Assembly: GCA_036676495.1 (NCBI GenBank)
Contig: JAKFCT010000034.1
Coordinates: 1 to 54,583 of the forward strand
From: Candidatus Sericytochromatia bacterium
Lineage (GTDB): Bacteria > Cyanobacteriota > Sericytochromatia > S15B-MN24 > UBA4093
Length of the DNA stretch: 54,583 nucleotides
Direction: 5' to 3'
Below, piece by piece: positions 1-10,217 of this stretch. Both the position numbers and the translations under genes were made by a program. The notes under the pieces are model-generated. The model was given only the letters and a program-made list of their open reading frames with translations. It was not told the origin of the DNA and made no database searches. How positions within the stretch are numbered: position 1 is the stretch's first letter; the number at the start of each line of letters is the position of its first letter.

Positions 1-138
1 TCGTACCTGCCCCTGGTGGCTGTCGGGTTCCACGCGGCGTCGGGCCGCGAACTCCGCTAGGCCCGGAAGGGAGCAACGGTAAGTGGATACCGACGGGTGT
101 TGTGGGTCCACCTGGCAAGTGCTGGGGGCAAGGGCGGC
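1..138 (+). ncRNA. ffs: Signal recognition particle RNA, 3' part (5' end lies outside the window)
   Basis: Helix-8 signature CCGCTAGGCCCGGAAGGGAGCAACGGTAAG at about 54-83. It is flanked by long complementary arms and followed by a terminator. Confidence 0.9.
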
Positions 139-139
139 T

Positions 140-166
140 AAGACGGGCTTCGGCCCGTCTTTTTTC
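140..166 (+). terminator. Intrinsic terminator of SRP RNA
   Basis: AAGACGGGC-TTCG-GCCCGTCTT hairpin followed by a T run. Confidence 0.85.
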
Positions 167-248
167 ATGCGCGTCCTTCGCTCGCCCCCTTCCTCGCATG
201 GGGACTCAGGCGGTATCATGGACGCGCAGGGACAGCCCTGACCACGAG

Positions 249-1154
249 ATGAGGACCCCCGTGAGCGCTCCGGACTACTACCAGATCTTGGGCGTGAAGG
301 CCGATGCGTCGGAAGACGACATCAAGAAGGCCTTCCGCACGCTCGCCCGCGAGCATCACCCGGACCGCCACCAAGGTCCCTCCAAGGCCCCCGCCGAGGC
401 CCGGTTCAAGGAAATCACCGCCGCCTACGACGTGCTCTCCGACCCCCAGAAGCGCCAGCAATACGACCAGATGCGACGCTACTTCGCGGCGGGCGCCGGA
501 GGCCCGGGCATGGGCGGCGGCCCTTTCGGCGGAGCGGGCGCCTCCTGGGGAGCCGGCGGACGGGGCTTCGAGTCCCCGCTCGGCTGGGAGGACCTCTTCG
601 GAGCCTTCTTCGGCGGCGCCGCCACGCGAGGAGCCCCCGGCCCCACCCCCGGCCGGACGCGCGGCGCGGAAACCCCGACTCCGCTTGAGGTTTCCCTCGA
701 GGAAGCCTACCATGGGACCACCCGGGAGCTGAGGAACCCCCTGAGCGGCTCCCGCGTCCGGGTGAAGATCCCGCCCGGCGTGGAAACCGGCTCCACCGTG
801 CGGGCCGGCGATCTCACCCTCGCCATCACCGTTCAATCGGATCCCCGCTTCGAGCGAGAGGGAGACGACCTGCACATGGAGCTGCCGATCACCTTCCTCG
901 AAGCGATCGACGGCGGGGAACTGCCCATCCCCACCCTCGACGGCCCGGTCAAGATGAAGATCCCTCCCCGCACCCAGGGAGGACGGACCTTTCGCCTCAA
1001 GGGCAAGGGCATGCCCCGCCTCAAGGGCGAAGGCCGCGGCGACCTCTACGTCAAGGTCGCCATCCACCTTCCTCCCGAGATCGATGACCAGGCCCTGGCG
1101 CTCTGGCACCGCCTCGGCAAGTTGACCCCCTATGACCCCCGATCCACGCGGTAG
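249..1154 (+). CDS. DnaJ class II / CbpA-like co-chaperone (J domain, G/F-rich region, DnaJ C-terminal domain, no zinc finger)
   Basis: DYYQILGV...HHPD J-domain motif and C-terminal GDLYV. Start is ATG 249 or GTG 261. Confidence 0.9.
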   Translation: MRTPVSAPDYYQILGVKADASEDDIKKAFRTLAREHHPDRHQGPSKAPAEARFKEITAAYDVLSDPQKRQQYDQMRRYFAAGAGGPGMGGGPFGGAGASWGAGGRGFESPLGWEDLFGAFFGGAATRGAPGPTPGRTRGAETPTPLEVSLEEAYHGTTRELRNPLSGSRVRVKIPPGVETGSTVRAGDLTLAITVQSDPRFEREGDDLHMELPITFLEAIDGGELPIPTLDGPVKMKIPPRTQGGRTFRLKGKGMPRLKGEGRGDLYVKVAIHLPPEIDDQALALWHRLGKLTPYDPRSTR

Positions 1155-1218
1155 CGCCCGCGGCGATTCCCCCGTGCCCGTCGTCCCGCGCCCGCGGTTA
1201 AAAGTGTAAGGAGGCCTC

Positions 1219-1893
1219 ATGCTATCGACCCTCAAGCAGTCCTCGCTCTTCAGCGAACTCGAAGACTCCGAGCTCGGCCTGATAGCAAACCTCTGCCTCA
1301 AGCGCAAGGTCCCCAAGGGCTCGATCCTCTTCTACGCGGGCGACCCCGGAAACTCGTGCTACATGCTGCTCGACGGCAAGATCAAGATCGTGGTCAACGC
1401 CGACGACGGCCGCGAGCATATCCTGGGCCTGCTCGGCCCGCATGACCTCTTCGGAGAGATGTCGCTGCTGGACGGCGAGCCCCGCTCGGCCTCGGCGATC
1501 GCCGTCGAAGAATCCAACGTCGTCGTCATCCAGCGCGACGACTTCCTCAAGGTCCTCGCCGACCAGCCCTTGATCCCCATGAAGCTCCTCGGCGTCCTCA
1601 GCCGCCGCCTGCGCCGCACCGACGGTCACGTGGAGAGCCTCGCCTTCCTCAGCGCCCCGGGCCGCGTCGCCCGCCTGCTGCTGGGTCTCGCCGAGGACCT
1701 TGGCAAGCGCACGCCCGAAGGCCTCGTCTTCGAAACCCGCATGACCCGTCAAGAGATGGCCAACCTCACCGGCACCTCGCGCGAAACCCTCACGCGCGTC
1801 CTCATGGACTACCAGGACCGCGGCCTGGTCTTCCTCGACCGCAACCAGTACGTGCTCAAGGACGAGGCCAAGCTCCGCAGCCTCATCAACTGA
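1219..1893 (+). CDS. Crp/Fnr family transcriptional regulator (cNMP-binding domain plus HTH)
   Basis: FGEMSLLDGEPRSA phosphate-binding cassette and TRQEMANLTGTSRETLTR helix-turn-helix. AGGAGG RBS. Confidence 0.93.
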   Translation: MLSTLKQSSLFSELEDSELGLIANLCLKRKVPKGSILFYAGDPGNSCYMLLDGKIKIVVNADDGREHILGLLGPHDLFGEMSLLDGEPRSASAIAVEESNVVVIQRDDFLKVLADQPLIPMKLLGVLSRRLRRTDGHVESLAFLSAPGRVARLLLGLAEDLGKRTPEGLVFETRMTRQEMANLTGTSRETLTRVLMDYQDRGLVFLDRNQYVLKDEAKLRSLIN

Positions 1894-2090
1894 TCATCTA
1901 TGTGATCCCTCATGTGATCGGAGGGGTTCATCATCGACCATGCATCCTCGGATCGACGGCTGTCAGGCAACCCTCCGAAAGCGAGCCGCAGGCCGTGTCA
2001 CAGCAGTGCTGAACGGGTATATCTTCGTCGCTCCGCGGGTATACCAATGCTTGCCGGCTCGCCCGGAAACCATGACCAAAAGGAGACCTC

Positions 2091-2828
2091 ATGCGCCTTT
2101 CGAAATTTGCCGCCCTCCCGCTCGTTTTCCTGCTCTCCGGTTGCCCCAACCTGCTGGGTTCCAACGGAAACACGGAGCTTAGCCCCAAGGCCCTCGCCGT
2201 GACCCAGAACACTGGCGCCGGAGCCACGGCCAACGCCTACCTCGAGTGGCAGCCCGTCACCAATGCGGCTCTTTACCAGGTCCTGCGCACCACCGGCGGG
2301 TCCTCGGATTCGGTGCAGAAATCCGACAGGACCTCCTTCTCCGAACAGGTCGGGGTCGGCTCCACCATCACCTACAAGATCGTCGCCCAGGACGCCTCGG
2401 GCAACGAGAAGACCGCCTCGACCCCGATTTCCATCCAGGTCCTCGGGTCCGAGGTCGCCGCTCCCACCAGCCTCACGGTCGATGGCAAGACGGCAGCCCT
2501 CGAGAACATCACCTCGATCAGCACCGGCAAGCCCGCCCTCTCCTGGAATGCCGCCGAAAAGGCCACCCACTACTACGTCCGGATCTCCGACACCAACGAC
2601 AAGACCCTGTACGCCGCCCTCACCAAGGAGCCGCAAGTCACGGTCGGCAGCCTGGCCTTCGAGGACCTCAAGGTTCCCCACTACGTCCAGTTCAAGGGTG
2701 ACGGACTTCCCTCCGAGAAGGTCGTGAACCTGGTCGTTTCCGCCATCCGCGCGAACGACGCGGATCTCAAGGTCGCCACGGCCTACGACATCAAGGCCTC
2801 CAGCTCCTACAAGCTCTACCGGATGTAA
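2091..2828 (+). CDS. Lipoprotein, probably with FN3-like beta-sandwich domains
   Basis: Lipobox LLSGC, AGGAG RBS, and LEWQPV / LSWNAA...YYVRI patterns typical of FN3 domains. Confidence 0.75.
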   Translation: MRLSKFAALPLVFLLSGCPNLLGSNGNTELSPKALAVTQNTGAGATANAYLEWQPVTNAALYQVLRTTGGSSDSVQKSDRTSFSEQVGVGSTITYKIVAQDASGNEKTASTPISIQVLGSEVAAPTSLTVDGKTAALENITSISTGKPALSWNAAEKATHYYVRISDTNDKTLYAALTKEPQVTVGSLAFEDLKVPHYVQFKGDGLPSEKVVNLVVSAIRANDADLKVATAYDIKASSSYKLYRM

Positions 2829-2832
2829 TGAC

Positions 2833-3615
2833 GTGACTCCCTGGCCGACCGAACCCGAAACGCCCACCGTCGCCCTGGCCCTCGGTTCCGGACTCACCGG
2901 AACCATGGCCACCTGGGGCATGCTGGAAGCCTTGAAGGCCGAAGGCTACTTTCCGCGCGCCATGGCGGCGGTCGGCTGGTCCGCGCTCTGGGCCTCCCTC
3001 TGGGCCATGGGAGCCGAGCTCCATGAACTCGAAGGCCTCCTGGACTCCGTTCCCACCTTCCAGTGGGACGACGAGGGGCCCTTCGAGGACTGGCTCGAGT
3101 TGACGTTCGCGCCCTTCTTCGCCGGGGAACGCCTGGAGGACTGGGAACCCCGCGTGGGCATCGTCCTCACCGACCTCCATACCGGCGGCTTGATGGAGGT
3201 GGATCGGGGCGAGGCATGGCCCGCCATCCTGGCCTCGCTCGCCACTCCTCCCTTGCGCTCTCCCTTCGAGAGCCCGGACGGCCTCCTCGCCGACGGAAGC
3301 CTGATCTGCCCGCTGCCGGTCGACTTCGCCCGCACCCTCGGAAAGGGCGATCCGGTGATCGCGCTCGACCTGCTCTCCGCTCCGAGCCAGCCCTCCGGGG
3401 GCCGGGTCGGCGCATGGCAGCGCGGCATCCAGCTCATGGCAAAACCGCTGCTCTGGGAGCAGCGGCGCATGGCGGATTTTACGGTGACCCCCGACCTGCT
3501 CGGCCAGGAGCCGATGGACTTCCGGACCTGGCGGGAAGCCCTTCAGGCCGGCGAAAAGGCCGTCTCGGACAATCTAGGCCGCATCAAGTCGCTGGCGAGC
3601 CCCTTTAATCTATAA
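2833..3615 (+). CDS. Patatin-like (RssA-type) protein with degenerate catalytic motifs
   Basis: ALALGSG glycine loop, LTDL..G, AILASLA.P and LADGS..PLPV follow the patatin layout, but no GxSxG is present. Confidence 0.75.
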   Translation: MTPWPTEPETPTVALALGSGLTGTMATWGMLEALKAEGYFPRAMAAVGWSALWASLWAMGAELHELEGLLDSVPTFQWDDEGPFEDWLELTFAPFFAGERLEDWEPRVGIVLTDLHTGGLMEVDRGEAWPAILASLATPPLRSPFESPDGLLADGSLICPLPVDFARTLGKGDPVIALDLLSAPSQPSGGRVGAWQRGIQLMAKPLLWEQRRMADFTVTPDLLGQEPMDFRTWREALQAGEKAVSDNLGRIKSLASPFNL

Positions 3616-3626
3616 TTCCCTGTCAG

Positions 3627-3798
3627 GTCCCCCCTCGACGGGGGGACTGGCGAAGCCAGGGGGGTGTCACTGCTCCCAGGTTCCTTAGTAACGAGGAACG
3701 CCATGGCTTCTCCGGCTACCCCCCCCCTGCCGGCTACGCCGGCCGTCCCCCCATTGCGCCTGCGGGCGCAGTTACGCTTCGCGTGAGCGAGGGGGGAC
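3627..3798. repeat. Inverted pair of REP-like palindromic elements between convergent genes
   Basis: GTCCCCCCTCGACGGGGGGACTGGCGAAGCCAGGGGGG recurs in inverted form as CCCCCCCTGCCGGCTACGCCGGCCGTCCCCCC...GAGGGGGGAC. Confidence 0.65.
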
Positions 3799-3822
3799 AA
3801 GATAACGAGCGGGCCTGCGGCC

Positions 3823-4671
3823 CTATTGATGCAGCACCAGCTTGGGCTGGAGGCGATCGCCCCGCCGCTCGGTCATCGCCAAGAGCGCGCCCGACGCGTC
3901 CACCACCCGGACGATCTCCCCGCTCGGCCCCTTTTCCGCCCTCAAGGCCCGGCCATGCCCGATGTCCTCGACCTCCTCGGCGGAGGCCACGTGCGTCGGA
4001 AGATGCCCGAGCGCCATCCCGGGATCCACCCAGCGGGGCTCCTCGTCCAGCGTCGCCGCCTCCGCGAGCGGGAAATCCCCCGCCCGGGTCCGCAGGAGAA
4101 ACGCCAGGGACGCCACTCCCCCCAGCGCCTCGGCCATGTCCACTGCGAGCGAGCGAATATACGTTCCCGCCGAGCAACTCACCCGCACCTGCGCGCGGGG
4201 ATACTCGCCGGGCCAGAACCTCACCAGCTCCAGCACGTCGATGGTCACTTCCCGCAGGGGACGCTCGATTTCAATGCCCTCGCGAGCCAGCTGGTAGAGG
4301 CGCTTCCCACCCACCGAGACCGCCGAAACCATCGGCGGCCGCTGCATGATTGTCCCCCGGAAGCGCGGCAGGATCTCCCGCAGCTGCTCCTCGGTGATCG
4401 GCATCGGAGCTTGGCTCAGCACCTCCCCCTCGGCATCGGCCGTGGAGGTCTCGATGCCGAACTGGATCTCGGCCAGGTACTCCTTGCCGGAGCGCAGGTA
4501 CTGAAGCAATCGCGTGGCGTTGCCCACGGCCAGGGGAAGCACTCCGACCGCCAAGGGGTCCAGCGTGCCCGCATGGCCGATTTTGCGGGTGCCCAGGCGC
4601 CGGCGCATGTAGGCGACGACGTCATGGGCGGTCATGCCGGGGGGCTTCAGGACGTTGAGGAAGCCGTTCAT
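3823..4671 (-). CDS. truB: tRNA pseudouridine(55) synthase
   Basis: KPPGMTAHD, GHAGTLDPLA and GTYIRSL motifs; position in the infB operon. Confidence 0.96.
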   Translation of the reverse strand: MNGFLNVLKPPGMTAHDVVAYMRRRLGTRKIGHAGTLDPLAVGVLPLAVGNATRLLQYLRSGKEYLAEIQFGIETSTADAEGEVLSQAPMPITEEQLREILPRFRGTIMQRPPMVSAVSVGGKRLYQLAREGIEIERPLREVTIDVLELVRFWPGEYPRAQVRVSCSAGTYIRSLAVDMAEALGGVASLAFLLRTRAGDFPLAEAATLDEEPRWVDPGMALGHLPTHVASAEEVEDIGHGRALRAEKGPSGEIVRVVDASGALLAMTERRGDRLQPKLVLHQ

Positions 4672-5672
4672 GCCACGGGTGCTCCCCGCTCGGCCCGAAA
4701 GGCATCCAGCTCGGCTCGAATGACGTCGAGCACGCGCTCGGGAGCCGTCTCCAAGGGACCGGGAAGCGTCGCTCCGGCGGCACGGCGATGCCCGCCTCCT
4801 CCGAAGTGAGCGGCGATCCGGTTGACGTCCGAATGCTTGCCGCGAAGGCTCAGCTTGAGGCCGCGCGGCGTCTCCCGCAGGTAGAAGGCGACGTCCACGC
4901 CCTGAAGGCTGCGCATCTGCTCGGCAAGGCCGTCGAGCTGAGACTCGTCGGCTCCCGTCGCGTCGAGCATCGCCTGGGTCACCACCGTCCAGACGACACG
5001 ACCGTCCGCGCTCCGCCGCATCTGCGAAAGAGCCTGAGACTTGATCTGAAGCTCGGAGAGCGGAACCTGCTCGAAGAGCTGCTGGGTCATCGCCGCGGGA
5101 CTCACGCCCCGCGCGATCAGCGCCCCGGCGATGCGGTGGGTCTCGACGGTGGTCGCCTCGTAGGCGAAGCCGCCGGTATCCGTCACGATGGCCGCGTACA
5201 TCGCCTGGGCCGCCTCCAGCGAGGGCGTCACTCCGAAGTGCTCGTAGAGGCGATAGACGACCTCCCCGGTGGCGGCGGCCTCGGTCAGGACCACGTTGAC
5301 GCTGCCATAGCCCGGGTTGGAGACGTGGTGATCGATGTTGACGCGCAGCGGCAGGGCCGCGAAGGTCTCCGCCCAGTCCCCGAAGCGGGAGAGTTCGGCA
5401 GCATCGCAGGTGACGAGCCCCCAGCCGGAGAGATCCGCGGGGAGCTGGCTGACGACGTCCTCGGAGCCCGGCAGAAAGGCGTAGCGGCCCGGGACCGGGT
5501 CGGGGCAGACGTGGAGGACCCGCGCGCCGAAGTGGCGCAGCAAGTGGGCCATGGCGATCGCCGACCCCAAGGTGTCCCCGTCGGGGGAGAGGTGAGAGGC
5601 CACGATCCAGGATCGTGGCCCCTTCAGAACGTCGAGTTCGGGAATCAGCGCCGTGGGCAGGCTACTCACCAT
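4668..5672 (-). CDS. nrnA: DHH/DHHA1 phosphoesterase (NrnA-like nanoRNase / pAp phosphatase)
   Basis: H.SPDGD, NIDHH, TDTG and GGGGH motifs. ATG at 5672 overlaps the end of rbfA. Confidence 0.88.
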   Translation of the reverse strand: MVSSLPTALIPELDVLKGPRSWIVASHLSPDGDTLGSAIAMAHLLRHFGARVLHVCPDPVPGRYAFLPGSEDVVSQLPADLSGWGLVTCDAAELSRFGDWAETFAALPLRVNIDHHVSNPGYGSVNVVLTEAAATGEVVYRLYEHFGVTPSLEAAQAMYAAIVTDTGGFAYEATTVETHRIAGALIARGVSPAAMTQQLFEQVPLSELQIKSQALSQMRRSADGRVVWTVVTQAMLDATGADESQLDGLAEQMRSLQGVDVAFYLRETPRGLKLSLRGKHSDVNRIAAHFGGGGHRRAAGATLPGPLETAPERVLDVIRAELDAFRAERGAPVA

Positions 5673-6030
5673 GCTCGTTCTGCTCCTTCTCGCGCTTGAT
5701 CCGCATGAGGAGGGCGTTGATGTTGGCGCCCTGCTCAAGGGACTTGTCTTGCCTGAAATGGATCTCGGGGGTCACCCGCAGCTTGACCTCGCGGCCGACC
5801 TGCGTGCGAACGTAGCCCGAAGCCGCCTGCAAGCCTTCCAGGGTCTCCCGCTGCTGATCCTCGTCTCCGTAGATGGAGACGAAGACCTTGGCGTGGCTCA
5901 TGTCCCCGGAGACCTCCACGTCCGTCACCGAGACCAGCCCGGTGATCCGGGGGTCCTTGAGGCGACGGATGGTCTCGCTTGCGACCTCCTTGATCACCTC
6001 TCCGACCCGGCCGGCTCTCTGACTACCCAT
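5662..6030 (-). CDS. rbfA: Ribosome-binding factor A
   Basis: KDPR, VTDVEVSGDMSHAKVFVS and LRVTPEIHF motifs; lies downstream of infB. Confidence 0.96.
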   Translation of the reverse strand: MGSQRAGRVGEVIKEVASETIRRLKDPRITGLVSVTDVEVSGDMSHAKVFVSIYGDEDQQRETLEGLQAASGYVRTQVGREVKLRVTPEIHFRQDKSLEQGANINALLMRIKREKEQNEHGE

Positions 6031-6050
6031 GGTGAACCCCCTTCCAAGCC

Positions 6051-8498
6051 CTACTTCTTCGGCTGACGGCTGTAGGTTTCGATGACGTCGCCTTCCTGGA
6101 GGTCGTTGAAGTCATCGAAGGAGATGCCGCACTCGTAGCCCGAGGCGACTTCCTTGGCATCGTCCTTGAAGCGCTTGAGGTTGGTGAGCTTGCCTTCGTA
6201 GAGCTTCTCGCCGTCGCGGAAGACGCGGGCCGTCGTGTTGCGCTGGACCTTGCCTTCCTTGACCATGCAGCCGGCGATGATGCCGGTCTTGCCGACCTTG
6301 AAGATCGCGCGGACCTCGGCGCGGCCGCCGAAGACCTCTTCGTACTCGGGCTCGAGCATGCCATGGATGGCGGCCTCCGCGTCCTCGATCGCCTTGTAGA
6401 TGACGTCGTACTCGCGGATGTCCACGCCGTCATGGGTGGCCTTGGCGCGGGCGCGATCGTCGATCTTGGTGCGGAAGGCCACGATGATCGCATCGGAGGC
6501 CTCGGCCAGCATCACGTCGGCCTCGGAGACGTCACCGGTGCCCGAGTGGATGACCCGGACCCGGACGTCGCCGTCCTTGGCGCTGATCTTGGAGAGGCTG
6601 GCCTCGAGCGCTTCGGCCGAGCCCTTGACGTCCGACTTGAGGATGAGCTTGAGATCCTTGATCTTGCCTTCCTGGATCTTGGAGTAGACGTCGTTGAGCG
6701 AGATGTGGCGGGTGGCGTTCAGGCGCTGGGTCCGGTCGAACTCGGCGCGCTGGCCGGCGATGTGACGGGCGGTCTTCTCGTCCGCGACGGCCTGGAAGAC
6801 GTCGCCGGCCTGGGGAACCGCCGGCATGCCGAGCACCTCGACGGGCATCGAGGGACCCGCTTCCTTGACGCGCTTGCCGTGGTCGTTGATCATCGCGCGG
6901 ACCTTGCCGGCGATGGATCCCACGACGAAGTTGTCGCCCACCCGCAGCGTGCCGTTCTGGACCAGGACCGTGGCCACGGGGCCCATGCCCTTGTCGAGCT
7001 GCGCTTCGATGATCAGGCCCTTGGCTTCCCGCTTGGGGTTGGCCTTGAGCTCGAGGATCTCGGCGACCAGCAGGATCATCTCGAGCAGGTTGTCGAGGCC
7101 GATCTTCTGCTTGGCGGAAACCGGGACCATGACCGTCTGACCGCCCCACTCCTCGGCCAGGAGGCCGTACTCGGTGAGCTGCTGCTTGACGGTATCCGGG
7201 TTGGCGTCCGGCTTGTCGATCTTGTTGATGGCGACGATGATCTGGACGCCGGCTTCCTTGGCGTGGTTGATGGCCTCGATGGTCTGAGGCTTGACGCCGT
7301 CGTCGGCCGCCACCACCAGGATGGCGATGTCGGTGGCCTTGGCGCCGCGGGCACGCATGGCGGTGAACGCCTCGTGGCCCGGGGTGTCGAGGAAGGTGAT
7401 CATCTGATCGCCGACCTTCACCTGGTAGGCGCCGATGTGCTGGGTGATACCGCCCGACTCGCCCGCCGCCACGTTGGCCTTGCGGATGGCGTCCAAGAGC
7501 GAGGTCTTACCGTGGTCGACGTGGCCCATGATGGACACGACGGCCGCACGGTCGATCTGGTTGGCATCGGTCTCTTCGGTCTCGACCGCCAGCACGTCGA
7601 CGGTGTTGGGATCGACGAGCTCGACCTCGTACTCCATCTCGCGCGCCACGGTATCGGCCACGTCGAGTTCGAGGGTCTGGTTGATGGTGGCCATGATGCC
7701 CTTCATGAAGAGCCGCTTGATGATCTCGGTCTCCCGGATATGCATCTTATCCGCGAGTTCCTTGACCGTGAGCGAACCCGAGAGCTTCACCACCTTGGGC
7801 ATGGTTGCCAATGCCGCCTCCCCACCGCGATCGCGGTCACGACCCCGCCGGCCGCCCTTGCCTTCGCGCTGGGCCTCATCCCGTTCTCCACGACGCTCGG
7901 TCTTCTCAGGCTTCTTGGGAGCCGGAGCGCCAGGGCGCCCCGCCGTCCGAGCTGCCGGGGCCGCCTGTGCGGCAGGCCGCTGCGGCTGACCCATCGGCTG
8001 GCCCGGGCGATAGGGCTGACCCATCGGCTGAGCGGCGCGCTGGGGCTGGCCCATCGGCTGAGCCGGGCGCTGAGGCTGGCCCACCGGCTGAGCCGGACGC
8101 TGGGGTTGACCCACCGGCTGAGCCGGACGCTGGGGTTGTGCCACCGGCTGCGCCGGGGCGGCAGGCCGCGCCTGAGGGGCCGCCGGTGCCGGGGCTTGAG
8201 CTGCAGGCTTGGGAGCCTGCGGGGCCGCGGGAGCCGCAGGGGCCTTGGCCGCCGGTGCCGGAGCAGGGGCCGCAGGCTTCGGAGCCTGAGGGGCGGCAGG
8301 AGCCGCAGGAGCCTTGGCCGCCGGAGCCTTGGCCGCCGGAGCCGCAGGCTTCCCGTGCTTGGCCGTGGCCGCCTTGACCATCTCCTCGCTCACCGCGTTG
8401 AAGTTGCTCTTGATCTCGGAGAAGCCCAGCTCGTTCAGGACCGTAATCATCTCCTTGGGGGGAATATTCAGCTGCTTAGCCAGTTCGTGTACCCGCAT
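6051..8498 (-). CDS. infB: Translation initiation factor IF-2
   Basis: MRVHELAK N-terminus; [13 protein letters not shown] and NKID GTPase motifs. Confidence 0.98.
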   Translation of the reverse strand: MRVHELAKQLNIPPKEMITVLNELGFSEIKSNFNAVSEEMVKAATAKHGKPAAPAAKAPAAKAPAAPAAPQAPKPAAPAPAPAAKAPAAPAAPQAPKPAAQAPAPAAPQARPAAPAQPVAQPQRPAQPVGQPQRPAQPVGQPQRPAQPMGQPQRAAQPMGQPYRPGQPMGQPQRPAAQAAPAARTAGRPGAPAPKKPEKTERRGERDEAQREGKGGRRGRDRDRGGEAALATMPKVVKLSGSLTVKELADKMHIRETEIIKRLFMKGIMATINQTLELDVADTVAREMEYEVELVDPNTVDVLAVETEETDANQIDRAAVVSIMGHVDHGKTSLLDAIRKANVAAGESGGITQHIGAYQVKVGDQMITFLDTPGHEAFTAMRARGAKATDIAILVVAADDGVKPQTIEAINHAKEAGVQIIVAINKIDKPDANPDTVKQQLTEYGLLAEEWGGQTVMVPVSAKQKIGLDNLLEMILLVAEILELKANPKREAKGLIIEAQLDKGMGPVATVLVQNGTLRVGDNFVVGSIAGKVRAMINDHGKRVKEAGPSMPVEVLGMPAVPQAGDVFQAVADEKTARHIAGQRAEFDRTQRLNATRHISLNDVYSKIQEGKIKDLKLILKSDVKGSAEALEASLSKISAKDGDVRVRVIHSGTGDVSEADVMLAEASDAIIVAFRTKIDDRARAKATHDGVDIREYDVIYKAIEDAEAAIHGMLEPEYEEVFGGRAEVRAIFKVGKTGIIAGCMVKEGKVQRNTTARVFRDGEKLYEGKLTNLKRFKDDAKEVASGYECGISFDDFNDLQEGDVIETYSRQPKK
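7978..8160 (-). repeat. 30-bp coding tandem repeat (PAQP[VM]GQPQR) in the IF-2 linker
   Basis: About five to six near-identical 10-aa units are visible in both DNA and protein. Confidence 0.85.
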
Positions 8499-8626
8499 TC
8501 CGTTTCTCTACCTCCATCGCCTGGCCCGAGCCGGGAGATCCCGACTGCAACCCTCGAGCACCTTCAATCATCCGACCGATGCTGTCGCCGCCTCACGCGG
8601 CGTTACGGAACGGTTCTGCTCGGCAC

Positions 8627-8902
8627 TCACCCGTGCTCCTGACCCAAAGCGGCGATATTTCTAGCCAGCTCTGCTGGGAGATTCTTCTTCAGGGCCTTGT
8701 CCAACAAGCGCCGTTTGATGGCGTTTTCGGTGCACGCCACCTTCCGACATACGTAGGCCCCCCGCCCCTGGACCTTTCCTCCGAGATCCAGCGCCACCTC
8801 GCCTTCCGGCGTTCGGACGACCCGGATCAATTCTAGCCTCGATCCTAGCGTGCGACAACTTACACACCGCCGCTGCGGTGCTTCGCCCGCGACTTGGCTC
8901 AT
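8627..8902 (-). CDS. ylxR: YlxR/RnpM family RNA-binding protein
   Basis: PQRRCVSC...GRGAYVC motif, located between nusA and infB. Confidence 0.92.
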   Translation of the reverse strand: MSQVAGEAPQRRCVSCRTLGSRLELIRVVRTPEGEVALDLGGKVQGRGAYVCRKVACTENAIKRRLLDKALKKNLPAELARNIAALGQEHG

Positions 8903-10203
8903 TCAGCCTCGATCGCCCGCGTCTCGGCAAGCGCCTGCGGCTCGAGCTCGGTGTCGTCCGCCACCGTCTCCGGCTTGCTGGCCTCCGGGACGTCGGCCTC
9001 CGAAGCCTCGACCGTCACGCCGAGCCGCTCCTCGGGCGATTCCTCACCCTCGGTCGCCGCCACGTCCTGACGACCGAAAGCCGCCTCGAAGGCCTGCTCC
9101 ATCGCCGTCGGGGGGCGCGAAATCGTATCCATGGCCTCCGAGAGCTGGGCCGTGGTGATCTCACGCTGCTGCGACTCGCTCTTGATGTCGATCTTGTAGC
9201 CGGTCAGGCGCGCCGCAAGGCGGACGTTCTGGCCTTCGCGACCGATCGCCAGGCTCAACATCGCATCCGGCACGATCACCCGCGCCGTCTTCTCCAGCGA
9301 ACTCACCTGCACCGTGACCACCTTGGCCGGGGAGAGGGAGTTCGAGATGAAGGTGGCCGGATCCTCCGACCAGCGGATGATGTCGATCTTCTCGTTCTTG
9401 AGCTCGCTGACGATCCCCTGGATGCGGCCGCCCCGGGCGCCCACGCAGGCTCCCACCGGATCGACCGACGCGTCGCGGCTCCGCACCGCGATCTTGGTCC
9501 GGTAACCGGCTTCACGGGCGATCGCCTCGATCGTCACGGTCCCGTCCATGATCTCCGGGATCTCCAGCTCGAAGAGCTCCCGCACCAGGCCCGGATGGGC
9601 CCGCGAGCAGAGCAACTGCATGCCGCGGGTCGTCTCGCGCACCTCGATCAGGAAGACCTTGATGCGGTCGCCCACCCGGTAGTGCTCACCCGGCACCTGC
9701 TCGGAGCCCGGCACGATCCCCTCGGCCTTGCCGAAGCTCACGATGATGTTGCGGCCTTCCAGGCGCCCGACCGTCCCGATGATGGTCTCGCCTTCCTTGC
9801 CCTTGAACTGATCCATGACGATCTTACGATCCGCCTCGCGCAGACGCTGGTTGAGCACCTGCTTGGCCATCTGGGCAGCCAGGCGACCCATCTCGGCCGC
9901 CGGCGGGGTCACGTCGATCGTGATCTCCTGGCCGGGCTGGATCTCGGGGTCATGCTCCTGGGCCTCGTCGAGCGCGATCTGGGTCAACGGATCCTCGATC
10001 TCACCCTCGACGACCGTCCGGATATCGAGAATCTTCAGGCTCCCCGACTCGATGTCGAGCTGGGCGATCGCATTCTCACGGGCGTTCGCGGTCTTCTTGT
10101 AGGCCGACGCCATGGCCGCCTCGAGGGCTTCGTGGAGCACCTCCGGAGCGATGCCGCGCTCCCGCTGGAGGGCCTTGAAGAGCTCCTTGATGTTCACCTG
10201 CAT
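8899..10203 (-). CDS. nusA: Transcription termination/antitermination factor NusA
   Basis: S1 and KH domains, AREAGYRTKIAV and SLAIGREGQNVRLAARLTG. Confidence 0.97.
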   Translation of the reverse strand: MQVNIKELFKALQRERGIAPEVLHEALEAAMASAYKKTANARENAIAQLDIESGSLKILDIRTVVEGEIEDPLTQIALDEAQEHDPEIQPGQEITIDVTPPAAEMGRLAAQMAKQVLNQRLREADRKIVMDQFKGKEGETIIGTVGRLEGRNIIVSFGKAEGIVPGSEQVPGEHYRVGDRIKVFLIEVRETTRGMQLLCSRAHPGLVRELFELEIPEIMDGTVTIEAIAREAGYRTKIAVRSRDASVDPVGACVGARGGRIQGIVSELKNEKIDIIRWSEDPATFISNSLSPAKVVTVQVSSLEKTARVIVPDAMLSLAIGREGQNVRLAARLTGYKIDIKSESQQREITTAQLSEAMDTISRPPTAMEQAFEAAFGRQDVAATEGEESPEERLGVTVEASEADVPEASKPETVADDTELEPQALAETRAIEAE

Positions 10204-10217
10204 GTCACAACCCCCCG

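Noticed and set aside
7978-8160. CRISPR-like or mobile repeat in infB, and at 27809-27955
   Set aside because: These are in-frame low-complexity coding repeats without spacers.
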